Source: Minutocellus sp. GHC0000111 (Eukaryota). Taken from it: a DNA stretch of 64,000 bases. The notes under the pieces are model-generated. The model searched no databases, had not been told where the DNA came from, and worked only from the letters and a program-made list of their open reading frames with translations. A program made the position numbers and the translations under genes. Where the stretch lies: the NCBI GenBank assembly GCA_977018835.1, contig OZ361258.1, positions 4,526,001-4,590,000 on the forward strand. The letters are read 5' to 3'. Positions 58,977-64,000 of this stretch are shown one piece after another; position 1 is the stretch's first letter; each line of letters starts with the position of its first letter.

Positions 58977-61900
58977 TTAGTATCGCCCCTCGTCATCATG
59001 CGACATTTCTTGTTCTTGCACTTCGTGGTTGAAATTTTCTGCAGATGTTCCTGGACTAGGAGTTCCCCAACCACTGCTGACGCTCCTCTCAAAGCCTCCA
59101 TCCGAAGGGGAGAAATTTCCTTGTATCTCGTCGGTGCCCCGCCATGGCATGTCGGGCGTTTCCATTGAGCGATTTGCTTGCGAAGGAAAAGACTGCTCGG
59201 TCTGCGATGGTTGGGAAGTACGGCTCCTGCGTGATTGGCTTGCTTCCATTGGCATGGAAGAAGGAAGTGCAGCTGGGGCTTGATCGACACCGTTGGTTTC
59301 AGAATAGTAGTCAAACGCGTCGTCTCCATCATCGCCCTCGTAGTATTCAGTGTTTTCGTCATTGTAGTTGTCATCTCCAAATCCATATGCATCACCTTCA
59401 ATGGCATCGCCAAAGGCTGGCTGTACTTCAGCAGTACCAGCATAGCCATCTTCCAAAGCACGCATTCCACCAGGGATCGCATCGTCTTCAATCTCCGTTT
59501 GCATGTTTTCTTCGATTCCTCTCTCCTTGTGATACCCCTCACCATCGTCGTCTTTGCTCTTGAGGCCGCGGTAGATCATGTAGATTCCGGCAATCAAGAA
59601 CAAAATAGCGAAGGTGATGATGGCCGGGAATCCTCTAATTCGGTCAGAGGGAGACTCGTTCCTCGCCGCAACAGGCGTGGGAGTGGGAGGCGCCACCGCG
59701 CTTCCGTCTTCCGTGGGAATAAAAATCACTCTATCGATGGACGGGTGGGCACCTATCAGGTCATCTCTCTCCATGGCAAATCGAATAAGCGTTAGAGCGG
59801 CCTTCCTGGCCTCTTCTTGAGTTTCTAGATCCTCATCGCCCTCAAGCGAAAGCGTCAGCTCTCCCCGCACACGATGACAAGCGTCGCTTGTTACCTCCAT
59901 TGAGTTGCAAGTCCCTACCGCGTCAAGTATATTTATTTGCGGATAAGAGATAGAAAGGAAATGAATGAGAGTATAGCATCGAACCATAAGAACGAATGTG
60001 AAAGAGACGAAGGCATATTGGGTTCAATGAGAAGAGAAATGGTTGCACTCACTGTCTTGATCTACAATGTCATCGGGATGTGCCGAAATCCCAGCGATTG
60101 GGCTGCCATCGACTTGGCGGGCACGTATCGAGAGGCTATCGGCGCTCCCGCTGTCCTCCACTGTGCCTGAGTCCCTGCCCTGGCATTGAAAAAGACTTGG
60201 CAACAAAGCTTGGTTTATCGCAAGCTCAATGGCCGGTACTACCTCATTTTGGACGACCCCGGGACGAGGCTCCTCAATCAATTCTACCTCGTAGTGGTAG
60301 ACAACCGGTGTAGCAATCATGTCGTCTCCCCATACCTTGGTCTTTCCATACTCATACGCGCTGATTGTGCCTAGACAGTCTAACAGAGTGGTAGGGGTGG
60401 GGGTGGCGGTTGGATACATCGTGATGGTCGGAACTGGTGATGTTGTCGGCGCCAAAGTAAATGTGGGACCTTCCGTTTGGGGACCAACTGTAGGTGGTCG
60501 GAATCCAACGAGTTCGGCCTTCGACCTCGTCGGCTCTTGTGTAGGTTCGGCGGTTGGTTCCCAAGAGATGGTATTCTCATATGTTGGTGTGGCCGAGGGC
60601 GACGACGAGGAGGCGGATGGAGCCGTAGAATTTTGTGCCGGAGTAGGTTCCAATGTAACTATTGAGGGCATAGCGGTTGGGGTGGTCGTAGCTACGCTGG
60701 GCTCAGGGGACGGGCTAGATGTGGTGGCCGATTGACTCGGGGATGGCGAGGACATCTCGGAGGGAGCAGTAGTCTCCTCTGGTTTTGGGGGAGCAAGCTG
60801 CACAGTGCTCGATGGGTCGTCTATGGCGTCGATATTCAAATCCTTCCAATCCCTATTATGTCGGTCGTCGGAGTTGCGTTCCCGAGTTGGCAACGGACTT
60901 GGCGATGGCGTTGGCTCGGTAGGCGCAGGGGGTTGTTGGTCTGGGCCTGGATTGGTAGTAGTGTCTTCTTCCTCATCGTCTGGTTGAGAAGACACAAATT
61001 CAGGGCCATTCTGGTCTTCGTCGTCGGCCTCGTTCTGCGACGGGGCGAATGTCGGATAGTTGGTTGGTGACGGCGACGGCAACGTAGGAGAAGCCGTTGG
61101 CAATGCCATGGTTGGTTCCGACGTGGTTGGAGAAGAGGTTTGCGGCGTTGGCGACGGAGACGTAGGTTCATCACCATTCGTCGTCGGTCCAGCAGATGAG
61201 GATGAGTTCGGGGACGTCGTCGTCGGCGTGGGACAAGGCTCAAACTCTTTGCAGTCGGTATCGGGATCCAAACCCACATAGGTAACTCTATCGTCGCATA
61301 GCTGAGTGATTCGAGGACACCACAGAGGTTTGCCATCGGAACCGGCCGTTGGCTCAGCGCCATCCTGAGGTGGCTGCTGCAGAGGTCCGTTGGCATCGGC
61401 ATCGTGGACAACGGGAGCGTAGCAGGGAGGGTACACGCAGTCGGGCGGTATCCCTCTCTTGTAGTTCAGACTTCCGTCTGGACATGTCATGGGGGTAGCG
61501 TCGCATCCGTTCGGTAGGAGGTCGGAAGATCCCACGACGCTTGTATCCTCTTCGACGGCTGCCTCAAGAAGTGCAGATGAATTACTGGGACTCTCGGGCG
61601 CACTGTCAATGAAGGAAGGGTCGTTGTCAACGCCGGCCTCTGCTGCTGATTCAGCCCCTGTTTCGTCGGGTGCATGGTGTGCAGTTTCAATATCGAATGT
61701 TAGCAGTGTTTCGGTCGTTGATAATGGTTGTAATGAGGGATTAGGGTCGGTAGCATTTGACTCACCCTCTGCTACCAATGGTGCCTCGGAAGTGTTGGTC
61801 ACGTTCTCACTTGAAGTAGCAGGATTTACAAACTTGGGAACGTCCGAATCGGTGTCTCCTCCACCATCACTCCATAAATCAGCCTGCAGTTGCTCCAAAC

Positions 61901-62456
61901 TAGATGTTAGGAGTGTGTTGATATCGCCTTTTGCTTGTGCTTGTGTTCCTTCGCCAGCCTCCTCCTCCTGACCGCCGGCATTATCGGCCCTCAGTTGCTC
62001 ATCGTCTTTCTCTGGCGGCCCATTCCTCTCCCCCCGACCCTGCTTGGCATGGTCGGGACTTCGTATCCCAACGACCGCATTATCTGCATATGCAGTGCCC
62101 GGCGTCGGTGATGTCAGCCCAAACCTAGGCTGCCGATAATGAGCAGGGTGGTAGAGGTACTCGAAAGCGGTTTGTAGCCGTCGAAGGGTGGACGGCATCG
62201 GCGGGACGGCCGCTTCGTCGCCATCGGCATGGTTGCCACTGCTTGTAATCGCGCCTTCACCTATGGTGAGATCAATATTTGCGCTTCCACTGCCAAAGTT
62301 GGCAATCGTCTCGGCATCCGGTTCCGCTTTGAATGTGCTTTCCTCCCACCTGGGCCTGGTTCTCTTTCGTCGGACGAGGCTCATTCTTGATGATTCCGGA
62401 GAGCAGTGGCGGCCAGCACCTTTATGCGTCGCTGCCTCAAAACCGAATATTACCAA
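58977..62456 (-). CDS. Pro/Thr/Ser-rich mucin-like single-pass membrane protein
   Basis: PT/PS repeats, small Cys motifs (CPDG..PPDC.YPPC; CPRITQLC..CEFEPC-like), intron 59915-60052 and TM FPAIITFAILFLIAGIYMIY. Start uncertain. Confidence 0.7.
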
Positions 62457-62775
62457 TCTTTGCTAACATCGGCGTTTCGTTGGTAAAGAGATCAAGCAAG
62501 GGGACGATAAAGAGAGCGGCGGGTGGCCATTGCTGTGGCAATGGGGTTGGACCAGACAGACCAGACACTCGTGACAAAATTCGTCCGGCCAAGGCTTAAG
62601 TCTAATTTGTGGCTACAAGGTAATTTTTCTTAGAAGAGATGGCGGCAGAAACTGCAGCAGCAGAAACTGCACGGAGACCACTGGAAGCAGCATTGATCGT
62701 GATCCATTACTACCAGTAGTAGATCTAGTTGATCTACTGCATTGAAGAAATTCAACGAAAAAACGGTTGTGCACT

Positions 62776-64000
62776 TTACAATTCACTACCTTTATCATCA
62801 TCCATTCCTCCTCCTTCTCCTTCCCCACCACCACTTTCACCCTTTCCCTCATCAACTCGGCTACCGATACCGGCACAATTGTACTCCTTGATCAACCTCT
62901 TCCTCGTCGCCGAGAAGCCCATTTCGGGCAATACATCGGCCTGCAGCATGAAGAATTTAAATCGCACCAATTTCCGTTCTGGATTATCAGAATCAGCGAG
63001 ATTGGTAGAATCCCATTGTCGACAAAGATACGACCACAGCGCTTCACAAGAGTCACCCTCCAGCTCGGCTAGATAAGGGTACGACCTCCATCGACCTGGC
63101 CTTGCCGTGGATGTACAAGGTGCACCGCTTCCGGGCATCGTCCAATCGACATGGTCCTCATTGCCCCAAACGTCCACTACAGACCCATCTTGTAACTTCC
63201 CTGGTGCTATCTCCCATGTTACATACTCCTCAGCTCCTACAAACACATTCAAGCGATTGTGTAGCAATGGACTCCAGATATGCTTCATACTTTGATTGCA
63301 TTCATTGCTTGCCGTCTCGAACCATATCGAGCCCACAACAAAAGAAAGAACCAATAGAATGATTGGAATGTGCCGCCTCAGAGGTACTTTCCGAACGGTT
63401 ACAGATTTGAATTGGCCCATGGGAGGCACGAAAATGCACCAAGCACAGTTTGCCACCAGACTCAGTAGCACTGTATTACGAATGGTTGCGGCAATGCCAA
63501 GGTGCAAGCTCCAAACGACACCGACGGCCGTCAGTACCACGTTTGAACTACCAAAATAACTGCCAAGTAGTGCAATCGGCGCAACAAGCAACTCCACCCA
63601 AACAACTGTCGGTGTCAGTAGACGCAAGCCAAACGGTCCGAGGAGTGCGTACAGATATCGCGCACCGACAGTATGACGGGCATAGCTATCCAAGGCCGGA
63701 AGTGGATCAGCGCCGTAAGTCCAGCCCTTGAGCGGATCTGTGAATTTTCCGTATCCAGCATCGAAATAAATCCAAACTATCTGCATCTTGAGAGCAAGCG
63801 TAGCAATTGACACGACCATATCCGTGCTTCTTGTTGCAGTGGAACCATCCTTCTTCTTGCTGCTTTTTGACAGCCAAGCGTCGACACTCCACACACCTCC
63901 GAGAGGCAGCAGCATGGCGTAAAATAACAAGTAATGGAAATAGCGATCGAGAATGAATGCCAGCCACGTATTCCGAAGCGTGATGCTAAGATAGAAGAAC
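62776..64000 (-). CDS. HTTM-like multi-pass membrane protein (5' end outside the window)
   Basis: [29 protein letters not shown] and RWRSY, with several hydrophobic segments. Confidence 0.7.
   Translation of the reverse strand, partial: FFYLSITLRNTWLAFILDRYFHYLLFYAMLLPLGGVWSVDAWLSKSSKKKDGSTATRSTDMVVSIATLALKMQIVWIYFDAGYGKFTDPLKGWTYGADPLPALDSYARHTVGARYLYALLGPFGLRLLTPTVVWVELLVAPIALLGSYFGSSNVVLTAVGVVWSLHLGIAATIRNTVLLSLVANCAWCIFVPPMGQFKSVTVRKVPLRRHIPIILLVLSFVVGSIWFETASNECNQSMKHIWSPLLHNRLNVFVGAEEYVTWEIAPGKLQDGSVVDVWGNEDHVDWTMPGSGAPCTSTARPGRWRSYPYLAELEGDSCEALWSYLCRQWDSTNLADSDNPERKLVRFKFFMLQADVLPEMGFSATRKRLIKEYNCAGIGSRVDEGKGESGGGEGEGGGMDDDKGSEL

Noticed and set aside
1..64000. rRNA, tRNA or telomeric repeats
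   Set aside because: None recognised by eye; tRNAscan-SE or Infernal would be needed to exclude small RNAs.

Overview
Eukaryotic nuclear DNA, most likely from a diatom or related ochrophyte. Evidence: GT-AG introns, an ASAFAP-type bipartite plastid presequence on NDK, and diatom-typical DUF6824, CRAL-TRIO and LRR families. About 20 genes are packed tightly. The best-supported accessory element is a complete 4,374-bp Kolobok-type DNA transposon (21844-26217; 16-bp TIRs, TTAA target duplication). It encodes a DDE transposase and a convergent KolX/P2X7-C-like accessory protein that appears to carry an RPA70N-like OB fold. Other highlights are three paralogs of a pseudokinase-STAND ATPase-TPR gene (two with different N-terminal domains, one a pseudogene interrupted by a 600-bp LTR remnant with a 5-bp TSD), a probable ~3,000-aa IQ-repeat/TM/LRR receptor-like gene, and a signal-peptide-bearing ClpX-like ATPase with a partial 5' duplicate. 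There are also two MITEs, a stefin-like protein and a degenerate ~186-bp tandem array. Many genes carry 1-2-bp frameshifts or single in-frame stops, so several models depend on whether these are assembly errors. All domain calls come from visual motif recognition; no searches were run.
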